Assembly: GCA_042572295.1 (NCBI GenBank)
Contig: JBHPFA010000001.1
Coordinates: forward strand, 79,788-143,787
Source: Nanobdellota archaeon
GTDB taxonomy: Archaea > Nanobdellota > Nanobdellia > Pacearchaeales > JAHJTO01
DNA: 64,000 nt
Direction: 5' to 3'
The translations under genes and the position numbers were made by a program. The notes beneath the pieces were generated by a model that was not told the origin of the DNA, searched no databases, and saw only the letters and a program-made list of their open reading frames with translations. This document shows positions 9,041 through 16,191 of the stretch, piece after piece. The stretch's first letter is position 1. Each line of letters begins with the position of its first letter.

Positions 9041-10432
9041 ATGAAAAAGGGGTTAATGTTTTTATCATTTGGAATAATTCTTGTATTATCTATGCAATTA
9101 GTTCTTGCAGAGACAAATATTAAGTATGATGTTATAAATAATCTGGTTGTTAAAGAATTAACAAATTCTGCTAAATTTAACTTAAGTGTCACAAACAATG
9201 GAGATAATGCTGATGATTTCATTGTTGATTCATTATTAGCTGTTACTTTTACTCCAAGAGAATTGGGTGAAATTAAAGCTGGGCAAACAAAGATGTTTGA
9301 GATTTCAGTTGCTCCTAGTTCTAAAATAAGAGATGGTGGAGATGAAAAGTCTTCATTTGAATACTTTGTAAAAGGAGACAATACACAAACTGTAAAAGGT
9401 TCATTAATTGTTAAGGTTGTTTCATTTTCACAAGTCATGAATATAATATTCCCAACAGTCATTAAAGCTGAAGATGAAAGTATCACAATGGATTTTAAAC
9501 TTGAAGAAGATTTAGAGTTTGAAGGTATTGTGAGTATTGAATCTGAATTATTCTCAGAAGAATTTGAAGAAAGCTTTGAATTAGGTTCAAATGAAGTTAC
9601 TTTTGATCTAGAAGGTTTGGATGAGATGAATTCAGGAGTTTATGAAACAACTTTCACTTTTGAAGTTGGAGAAGATGTCGTTGTATTGACTAAAGATATC
9701 ATATTAGGTTCAGTTCTTGCTGTAGAAGAGACAGTGACTAAGGAAGGAATCTTCCTTTCAAGAGATGTTACAACAACTAAAACAAATAACGGAAACAGTG
9801 TAACAGAAGTAACAATTTCAATTACTAAATCTACATTAGCTAGTTTATTCACATCATTCACAGGAGCACCTAAGACAAAGAAAGAAGGTGGAAAGTATAT
9901 TTATGAATGGTCTAAGGAATTGAATCCTGGAGAAACATATTCAGTTACTGTGACTACAAATTATTACTTGCCTTTGTTAGTCTTGTTATTATTAATAGTA
10001 GCAGTAATTGTGTACAGAATTGTAACTGCTCCAGATGTTAAAATAACTAAGAAAGCTATGAGATTAAAAACAAAGTCAGGAGTGTTTGCTTCAAAGATAG
10101 TGGTCAATGTAAAAAATATAGGTAAGCCTATAACTAATATTAAAGTCATTGAAAGACTACCTGCATTTACAGAAATATTAAAAGATAAATTTGGAACTGT
10201 AACACCTTCTGAAATAAAAAAGAGATCAGTCATTTGGGATTTCTCAAAATTAGATGTTGGAGAAGAATTAATGTTTTCTTATGTAATCTACAGTAAAATA
10301 GATGTTTTTGGGAAATTAGAAGTTCCTCCAGCAGTCATAACTTATAGAGACCAAAAAGAAGAATTTAGAGAAGAACAAAGTAATAGAATATATCTTCTTT
10401 CTGAAGAAAAAACTCATGCTGAAGAGTATTGA
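9041..10432 (+). CDS. Surface/membrane protein, beta-rich ectodomain and mid-protein TM helix
   Basis: Signal-like MKKGLMFLSFGIILVLSMQLVLA from the ATG at 9041 (track start 9023). TM helix LPLLVLLLLIVAVIVYRIV. TATA-like TTTAAATA at about 9004. Confidence 0.6.
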   Translation: MKKGLMFLSFGIILVLSMQLVLAETNIKYDVINNLVVKELTNSAKFNLSVTNNGDNADDFIVDSLLAVTFTPRELGEIKAGQTKMFEISVAPSSKIRDGGDEKSSFEYFVKGDNTQTVKGSLIVKVVSFSQVMNIIFPTVIKAEDESITMDFKLEEDLEFEGIVSIESELFSEEFEESFELGSNEVTFDLEGLDEMNSGVYETTFTFEVGEDVVVLTKDIILGSVLAVEETVTKEGIFLSRDVTTTKTNNGNSVTEVTISITKSTLASLFTSFTGAPKTKKEGGKYIYEWSKELNPGETYSVTVTTNYYLPLLVLLLLIVAVIVYRIVTAPDVKITKKAMRLKTKSGVFASKIVVNVKNIGKPITNIKVIERLPAFTEILKDKFGTVTPSEIKKRSVIWDFSKLDVGEELMFSYVIYSKIDVFGKLEVPPAVITYRDQKEEFREEQSNRIYLLSEEKTHAEEY

Positions 10433-10441
10433 TTCTTTAGC

Positions 10442-10456
10442 AAAGGTATTTAAATT
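10442..10456 (+). promoter_or_regulatory. BRE/TATA-like box upstream of tRNA-Tyr
   Basis: AAAGGTATTTAAATT ends about 22 nt before tRNA position 1. The same motif class recurs upstream of many genes here. Confidence 0.45.
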
Positions 10457-10477
10457 AAATTTTGGTTTTATATTCAT

Positions 10478-10610
10478 CCCTGCGTAGCTCAACGGTGGAG
10501 CGCTCGGCTGTAGCTCAACGCGTTAAGTTGATATTCCTACGGGATTAAGATGATACTTAATTAGCCGAATAGAACCCGGGAGGTTGGCGGTTCAAGTCCG
10601 CCCGCAGGGA
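10478..10610 (+). tRNA. tRNA-Tyr(GUA) with 61-nt intron at canonical 37/38 position (intron 10514..10574)
   Basis: Acceptor CCCTGCG/CGCAGGG with C1:G72 and A73 (archaeal Tyr identity). D arm GCTC-AACGGTG-GAGC. Anticodon stem CTCGG (10503-07)/CCGGG (10576-80). Loop CUGUAG|...|C. Variable loop AGGTT. T arm GGCGG-TTCAAGT-CCGCC. A 4-bp BHB central helix is possible (CUGU 10508-11 with AUAG 10569-72), flanked by 3-nt bulges AG|C and AA|C. No encoded CCA. Confidence 0.8.
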
Positions 10611-10642
10611 TATTATCCTCATTGAGTAGTAGTGACAAATAG

Positions 10643-10656
10643 TAAGTTTTAAATAC
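10643..10656 (+). promoter_or_regulatory. TATA-like box upstream of mraZ-like gene
   Basis: TAAGTTTTAAATAC lies about 21 nt upstream of the ATG at 10677. Confidence 0.4.
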
Positions 10657-10676
10657 CAGCTCTTGTTCTATATTTT

Positions 10677-11069
10677 ATGAATGAATACACTAATACTAAA
10701 TATTTTGGAGCTTATCTAAGGAATGTGGACTCTAAAGGCAGAGTTGCTATACCTAAAGGTCTGAGAAAGATCTTACAAAGCCGTATTAATGAAGAAGGAC
10801 AAGAGGAAATAACAATATATGTTGAAGCTTCAAAGGGCGCTATAAAAGTTTATGATTCTAAATACTTGAAGAAGGATGAGGAAAGTTTGAACAAAAAGTT
10901 GAATTATTCTAAGTTACATAAGGCAATAATTGATAATCAAGGAAGGATACTGCTTCCTAGAGATTCTGAGATAAGGAAGAATTTAGAAGGTTTATTCAGA
11001 GTTAAGGTGGTTGCTTCTGAGGATGGCGAGTTTTTGAAGATAAAAAAGGCTAAAACTGCGAGGAAATAG
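10677..11069 (+). CDS. mraZ: MraZ-like duplicated AbrB/SpoVT-fold DNA-binding protein
   Basis: Two repeats carry the MraZ DxxxR signature: FGAYLRNVDSKGRVAIPKGLRK and AIIDNQGRILLPRDSEIRK. Length (130 aa) and the F-G start match the MraZ family layout. Confidence 0.6.
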   Translation: MNEYTNTKYFGAYLRNVDSKGRVAIPKGLRKILQSRINEEGQEEITIYVEASKGAIKVYDSKYLKKDEESLNKKLNYSKLHKAIIDNQGRILLPRDSEIRKNLEGLFRVKVVASEDGEFLKIKKAKTARK

Positions 11070-11177
11070 ATACATTTATAATGGAACACAACGCTGATAT
11101 TTTAAGTAAGAACCGGTATTCATTTAAGCTGTTTCTTATAGAATATATAAATGAATGGAGGACATAAGTCATAAATA

Positions 11178-11501
11178 ATGGAACATAGATTTAGAGAAGG
11201 CTCTGGTGGACGATCTGGCGGCGGCGGAAGATTTGGCGGCGGCGGAAGATCTGGTGGAGGCTTCAGAAGAGACTTTGGACCACGTGAAATGCACAAGATT
11301 AAGTGTACTGAATGTGGCAAAGACGCAGAAGTTCCCTTTAGACCTAAAGAAGGATTGCCTGTATTTTGTAGGGAATGTTTCTTTAAGAAGAAAGGAATAA
11401 CACCAAGAGAACCTAGAGAAAGCGAAGAATCTGAACCGACTGCTGAAGCTAAGACTGAAGAAGTTAAAGCTGAAGAAGTTAAAGATTCTGAAGAATTCTA
11501 A
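11178..11501 (+). CDS. RGG-box + CxxC..CxxC zinc-ribbon protein with acidic tail (probable nucleic-acid binding)
   Basis: GGRSGGGGRFGGGGRSGGGFRRDFG, followed by CTECGKDAEVPFRPKEGLPVFCRECF, then a Glu-rich C-terminus. Confidence 0.65.
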   Translation: MEHRFREGSGGRSGGGGRFGGGGRSGGGFRRDFGPREMHKIKCTECGKDAEVPFRPKEGLPVFCRECFFKKKGITPREPRESEESEPTAEAKTEEVKAEEVKDSEEF

Positions 11502-11527
11502 GTATTTTGGAGTTTAAAAACACCTAA

Positions 11528-11556
11528 TTCTTTTTTTATTTTTTTATTTTTTTAAT
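11528..11556 (+). terminator. Oligo-T tract terminator after 11178..11501
   Basis: TTCTTTTTTTATTTTTTTATTTTTTTAAT. Archaeal termination typically occurs at T-runs. Confidence 0.5.
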
Positions 11557-11605
11557 TGCTTGAGAGCACCATCTAACTTAAAAAGAGTGAATTTGCTAGT
11601 TTTCT

Positions 11606-11896
11606 ATGAAACAAGACAGTTCTGAAAAAAATTGTGGCCTTGAGGCATATTTAGGATGCTTAACTTCTAAAGAATGTTATGAAGGAAAGAGAAAAGAATA
11701 CACTAAAGGGAAGTATGTTGTTACATTAAGCAATGTTGAATGTAGTGTCAAAAAGGAACTTTATGGTATTGTTTTGGGTGTTGGAAAAGAATATGACTTT
11801 GACAACCCAAAAGGAAAGGAAAGGAAAAAGAACATGTTTTTATCATGTTCTCAGATAAACAACAAAGAAGTCTTAGTACTAGGCATACATTCATAA
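11606..11896 (+). CDS. Hypothetical protein
   Basis: 96-aa ORF, Lys/Cys-containing, with no recognisable motif. Confidence 0.35.
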   Translation: MKQDSSEKNCGLEAYLGCLTSKECYEGKRKEYTKGKYVVTLSNVECSVKKELYGIVLGVGKEYDFDNPKGKERKKNMFLSCSQINNKEVLVLGIHS

Positions 11897-11956
11897 GACC
11901 TGCAGAAGATGACGAAGAAAGTGATATTGAGAAGAAACTAAGAGAAGTCGGAGTTC

Positions 11957-12175
11957 TTAAGAAATAATCTCTATCTCTTTTTGATTTGAAGTCAGTCCTT
12001 TATTTATCTTAATGTTTGTTTTCTTTGTTTTGAAGTGTTTGGATAGAATATCTATTAATTCCTTATTTGCCCTTCCCTTTATTGGGGGAGAAGTTAGGTG
12101 TACTTTTAATTGATTTTCCAGCTGTTCTACTTTTTGCTGTTTTGAATTAGCTATGACTTTTATTTTAAATCTCAT
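11957..12175 (-). CDS. DUF167 (YggU/UPF0235) family protein
   Basis: IKVIANSKQQKVEQLENQLKVHLTSPPIKGRANKELIDILSKHF matches the YggU pattern (V.P.a....i......l.v.v.A.P..GkAN.eli..L...). Confidence 0.65.
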   Translation of the reverse strand: MRFKIKVIANSKQQKVEQLENQLKVHLTSPPIKGRANKELIDILSKHFKTKKTNIKINKGLTSNQKEIEIIS

Positions 12176-12225
12176 GGTTTTAAGAGGTAAGAATAGTTTA
12201 AAAAGATAAACTGTAGTAAATACAA

Positions 12226-12834
12226 ATGGAAAATCTGCTCTTTATCAAGGACGTAAAAGGAAAAGAAGGAGTTTATCCAATTATAAAACAAAGACTTAGA
12301 GAGTTTTCTTCTTTTGAAAATAAAGGCAATAAAGAGTGGTTTAGTGAAATGTGTTTTTGTTTACTTACAGCAAATGCTTCTGCAAAAGGAGGTATTGCTG
12401 TTCAGGAAGCTTTAGGAAGTAAAGGTTTCTTATCACTTCCTGAGAAGAAGTTAGCTAAGAGATTGAAAGAAATAGGTTATAGGTTTCCTAATGTCCGTGC
12501 TAAATACATTGTAGAGGCTAGGAAACATACCAATATTAAAAACGTGATAAACGGAATGACTTCACACCAAGCTAGGGAGTGGTTAGTCAAGAACATTAAA
12601 GGTTTGGGGATGAAAGAAGCAAGTCATTTTTTGAGAAATGTTGGAAGGAAAGATGTTGGAATTTTAGATAAACATATATTGAGAAGCATGAAAGTTGAGG
12701 CAAAACCTCTTTCTCCAAAGAAGTATGTTGATGTTGAAAAGAAGTTGTTTAGTTTAGCTAAATCTGCCAAGACAAATATGGCAGAGTTGGACTTGATTTT
12801 GTGGTATGGTCAAACTGGTGAAGTGTTAAAGTAA
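12226..12834 (+). CDS. ogg: HhH-GPD 8-oxoguanine DNA glycosylase/AP lyase (archaeal Ogg2-type)
   Basis: FCLLTANASAK ... IKGLGMKEASHFLRNVGRKDVGILDKHILR carries the helix-hairpin-helix with catalytic Lys and the following Asp. Size is about 200 aa. Confidence 0.75.
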   Translation: MENLLFIKDVKGKEGVYPIIKQRLREFSSFENKGNKEWFSEMCFCLLTANASAKGGIAVQEALGSKGFLSLPEKKLAKRLKEIGYRFPNVRAKYIVEARKHTNIKNVINGMTSHQAREWLVKNIKGLGMKEASHFLRNVGRKDVGILDKHILRSMKVEAKPLSPKKYVDVEKKLFSLAKSAKTNMAELDLILWYGQTGEVLK

Positions 12835-12849
12835 ATAACCACTTGTTTT

Positions 12850-13176
12850 TCATTCATGATTTTCAAACCACTCTGGAAATTTCCATTTTTCTTTAAGTTC
12901 CTTCTGCTTATCTTTAATCCTCTGAGTACCAGGGTTTTCAATACTATAATCCACTCTCCCATGATACTCCTTACCAAAATGTCTCTCTTCTATTAATTCC
13001 TGATTTTCAATTTCTACAAGTAACTCTTTGAGTTTCCTCCAGTGGCCTTCATCTTCAGAATACTCTTTGATTCCATTAAGTTTAAGGAAGTCCTTAATTT
13101 CTAAAAGAGTAAATGCTAATTCTCCTTCAAATTGTAAGAGATAGAGTATCCCCTCAATTATTTCATCTTTTTCCAT
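12850..13176 (-). CDS. Hypothetical protein
   Basis: 108-aa ORF, acidic, no recognisable motif. Confidence 0.5.
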   Translation of the reverse strand: MEKDEIIEGILYLLQFEGELAFTLLEIKDFLKLNGIKEYSEDEGHWRKLKELLVEIENQELIEERHFGKEYHGRVDYSIENPGTQRIKDKQKELKEKWKFPEWFENHE

Positions 13177-13339
13177 AATGCATAGTGAAATAGGTTCTTT
13201 ATTAAATTTTTCTAAAAATAAACAAACAGTAATTTATTTGTCACTTAAAGAGCCAGAGAAACCTTTATAATCTCTTTATTTCTAAATAATTTGGAACACA
13301 AGTTAGTTATTAGCAGTGATTTCGGTGTTTCAAAATCAT

Positions 13340-13411
13340 GCCTCGATGGTGTAAGGGCTAGCATATCACCCTGTCACGGTGGTGATCCGAGTTCGAATCT
13401 CGGTCGAGGCG
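13340..13411 (+). tRNA. tRNA-Asp(GUC)
   Basis: Acceptor GCCTCGA/TCGAGGC. Anticodon arm TCACC-CTGTCAC-GGTGG. T arm CCGAG-TTCGAAT-CTCGG. Discriminator G. 72 nt, no CCA. Confidence 0.9.
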
Positions 13412-13464
13412 TTTCATAGTTAAGAGGTGGTGGTGCCTTAGAACCTAATTCTAAGAAAATTAAA

Positions 13465-14172
13465 ATGGGAAATCCAAGAGATAAAAAAAAGAGAGATATG
13501 TATAGGACTTCTAAAGAGAGAAATGAAGATGATGCTAAAGAAAAACCTACAGGAGTAAAAGAACAATCTGCACCATTAAGAGTTGTACAAGTCACTAATG
13601 CTTTAATCAATCATCCTGATTTTCCTAAGATTTACAAAATAGCTAATTTGATACCCGATAGGGGAAATAAATGGGCTTATTTACTTAGGACTATAAATGA
13701 GGAGATTGTTGAGGGATATAGTGTTGCACAAGCCAATGATATGGAGACTAGACAAAAGCTTCAAGGGTGTGGGCTAGAAGGATTGATATGTCCTTATCTA
13801 GAAGGAAATTGGACATTAGAAGAAAAAAGAAAGTCAACTATAGGACATGGTCTTTGCTATATTAATCGTGAAGAAATAGATACATTATGTCATGGAGATT
13901 ATGAGCATTGTAACCAATTCAAAGGGCATGCTCAGCAAATAGCATTGGGTTATAAAGAACCTACAAAATTCATAAGAACGAAAAATCCTTTGAAAGTTCC
14001 TGATGTTGATATTGGAGAATTTAATCTAAGAGATTTCATACAAGATTTAGATGATTGGTGGAAACAAGAGGGGAAGTATGGAGAAAATGAAGAATGGGAT
14101 CATTCACAAACCAATGCCTATGGTGGATTACATCCTAACCGCGGAGAAGGAGGACCCTATAGTGGACGATGA
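13465..14172 (+). CDS. Hypothetical Cys/His-rich protein with basic N-terminal peptide
   Basis: N-terminus RDKKKRDMYRTSKER is shared with the next ORF. Cys/His cluster CPYLEG...HGLCYINREEIDTLCHGDYEHC. The stop overlaps the next start (ATGA at 14169). Confidence 0.55.
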   Translation: MGNPRDKKKRDMYRTSKERNEDDAKEKPTGVKEQSAPLRVVQVTNALINHPDFPKIYKIANLIPDRGNKWAYLLRTINEEIVEGYSVAQANDMETRQKLQGCGLEGLICPYLEGNWTLEEKRKSTIGHGLCYINREEIDTLCHGDYEHCNQFKGHAQQIALGYKEPTKFIRTKNPLKVPDVDIGEFNLRDFIQDLDDWWKQEGKYGENEEWDHSQTNAYGGLHPNRGEGGPYSGR

Positions 14173-15029
14173 AAGATACTGGAATGCTTGGAGATAGAAA
14201 GAAGAGAGGCTTATATCAGAAAGCCAAGGCTAGAAGTGTAGAGATAAGTAAAGAGGTTGAAAGAAAGGCTAGACTAAGTCCTGGATCTGATGCTAAGAAA
14301 GCAAAGCCGAAGAAGAAAAGAGTAAAAAAATCAGGCACTCAAATAAAACTTGATAGAGTTAAGCCAGGCAGGGGCTTGGTTCCTCTCAAATATCAGATGA
14401 ACTTAAGCAAGCTTGAACAACCAAAAGATGTTTTTTATATCAGATTAACTCCTCCGGAAACAGCACATGTAAAAAGTCATATAAAAGAAATAAAAAAATA
14501 TATGGCTTCTATAGATGAGAAATACTATTTGATAGCAGGTGTTGGGGGAGTTTTAAGGAATCAAAATCATCGTAAAGCCAAAGATATTGACTTAGCAGTT
14601 GTCGGACTGAAATATGCTTGGGGGAATCATAATTTTCAAGATGTTGAGAAATTCACTAAACATGCCAAAGGTTATTTTGACAATTATTGCAGCTCATTGA
14701 ATAATCAATTTGAAAGTCAATTGCATGGAGGAAGTGATTGGAAGCCAATAGGTTTGGGAAGCGGGCCTATGGCAAACCTAAACACTGCTCTTGAAGGAGA
14801 AATGGCTGGAAGGAAAGTTGAAGTTGTCTCTTCATTGGAAGACTTTGGGATGTGGGGCTCAAAAGGGTTTCAAGTAAACTATGAGGATTCTAGACCTATT
14901 GATGTACAATTTTTGTTTAACAAATCGATTGAAGAATGGTTCATTGATCAGAAAAAACCTAGACATGCTGGATTCAATAAAAATAACATGAAAGAATTAT
15001 ATTATTCTATATTGTACAAGAACAAATAA
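14169..15029 (+). CDS. Pol-beta-superfamily nucleotidyltransferase-like protein with basic N-terminal peptide
   Basis: GVGGVLRNQNHRKAKDIDLAV fits the minimal NTase motif hG[GS]x9-13Dh[DE]h. A downstream Asp lies in RPIDVQFLF. N-terminus is GDRKKRGLYQKAKAR. Confidence 0.5.
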   Translation: MKDTGMLGDRKKRGLYQKAKARSVEISKEVERKARLSPGSDAKKAKPKKKRVKKSGTQIKLDRVKPGRGLVPLKYQMNLSKLEQPKDVFYIRLTPPETAHVKSHIKEIKKYMASIDEKYYLIAGVGGVLRNQNHRKAKDIDLAVVGLKYAWGNHNFQDVEKFTKHAKGYFDNYCSSLNNQFESQLHGGSDWKPIGLGSGPMANLNTALEGEMAGRKVEVVSSLEDFGMWGSKGFQVNYEDSRPIDVQFLFNKSIEEWFIDQKKPRHAGFNKNNMKELYYSILYKNK

Positions 15030-15060
15030 AGCTTTAAACCCTGTTTATTCTCAAAATAAC

Positions 15061-15098
15061 GGAGAGAGTTGCGGCATTTGGAGCTCTCTCCACTTTTT
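15061..15098 (+). terminator. Hairpin plus T-run after 14169..15029
   Basis: GGAGAGAG (15061-68) pairs perfectly with CTCTCTCC (15084-91), followed by ACTTTTT. Confidence 0.5.
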
Positions 15099-15142
15099 AA
15101 TAAGGTTTAAATTCAAGATATTCCTTCGGTTTCTGTAAAAAG

Positions 15143-16093
15143 ATGGTGAGACAAGATCTAGTTGATTGGATAAAGAATGGAATCTCTCAAGGACATGATG
15201 TTGATTCTTTAAGAAATCATTTGATTCAAGGTGGATATCCCCAAGTAGATGTTGATGGAGCGATTATTGCAATTCAAAATCCTCCCCATGTTAAAATGCC
15301 ACAAGAACAACCATTACATCCTCAACCCCTTCCTCAACAACCAGTGCCTGCTCAAAAAGTTTCAAAATCACTGCCAAGATGGATATGGATTGCAGGGGCA
15401 GCGTTAGTTGCTGTTATCGTCGTTGTTTCTATGATATTATTATTTTCAAGCGAATCTCCTGCACCGGCTCCTGCTGAAGATATAGGAGAGCCGATTATTA
15501 AAGAATCTGAAGAGCCTGAAGTTCTACAAACAGGGTGCAGAGATACCGACGGTGGAAAAGACTATGATTCAATAGGAGTAATTACTTATAATGGGGATAA
15601 ATACAAAGATTATTGTTATGAAGATGATGTTGCACTTCAAGAGTATTATTGTGAAGGTACAGAACTAAAAGAAGAGTTGTATAGATGTTCAGATTCTTGT
15701 ACTGGTGGAGAATGTACTTACAAATGTCAATATAATGACTTATGTCTTCCAAATCAAATTTATTATTTCTCACAGACTTGTATTTCTAAAGAGCCTGACA
15801 ATGAAAGATGTATAAAACCTCAAGGAGATTCAGGATGTCATAAACAATGTTTTAGAGATTCTGACTGTAATAATGCTACTAAGGAACAATGTAAGACTTT
15901 TGAGCAATATTTTTGTGATGATATAATAAATATTGAAAGCTTCTGTATAAAACCATTATGTAATAATCTTGAGGAAGTTAAATGTAAGGTAAGCAAAGGA
16001 TGTGATGCAGTCTATAATTCTACAACAAAAGAGTTCCAACAATGTTTAATGAAGAATGAGAGGCCAAGACATAATATCTCTATATATAATTAG
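15143..16093 (+). CDS. Type-II membrane protein: small cytoplasmic helical domain, P/Q-rich linker, TM, Cys-rich ectodomain
   Basis: N-terminus LVDWIKNGISQGHDVDSLRNHLIQGGYP. Linker PQEQPLHPQPLPQQPVP. TM WIWIAGAALVAVIVVVSMILLF. About 28 Cys in the C-terminal half. Confidence 0.6.
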   Translation: MVRQDLVDWIKNGISQGHDVDSLRNHLIQGGYPQVDVDGAIIAIQNPPHVKMPQEQPLHPQPLPQQPVPAQKVSKSLPRWIWIAGAALVAVIVVVSMILLFSSESPAPAPAEDIGEPIIKESEEPEVLQTGCRDTDGGKDYDSIGVITYNGDKYKDYCYEDDVALQEYYCEGTELKEELYRCSDSCTGGECTYKCQYNDLCLPNQIYYFSQTCISKEPDNERCIKPQGDSGCHKQCFRDSDCNNATKEQCKTFEQYFCDDIINIESFCIKPLCNNLEEVKCKVSKGCDAVYNSTTKEFQQCLMKNERPRHNISIYN

Positions 16094-16191
16094 ACCCAAA
16101 AAAAATGTTGTCTCTAAACGATGAGAGTATCTCTTTCTTAAGAATCAAAAAGGTTTTTAAAGAAGAAAGTTCTATCTCCGTGAAGAAAAAG

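Noticed and set aside
11120-11400. Pro-rich minus ORF (11120..11320) and alternative-frame plus ORF (11206..11400)
   Set aside because: They are by-products of the GGC/GGA repeat that encodes the RGG box. Only the RGG + zinc-ribbon frame gives a coherent domain structure.
13374-13610. 78-aa minus-strand ORF
   Set aside because: It overlaps the 3' end of tRNA-Asp and the 5' end of 13465..14172, so it is an artefact.
16105-16191. 29-codon N-terminal extension of the giant surface-protein ORF
   Set aside because: The extension precedes the signal peptide and contains the TATA-like TTTTTAAA that probably drives the gene. The ATG at 16192 gives a canonical signal sequence.
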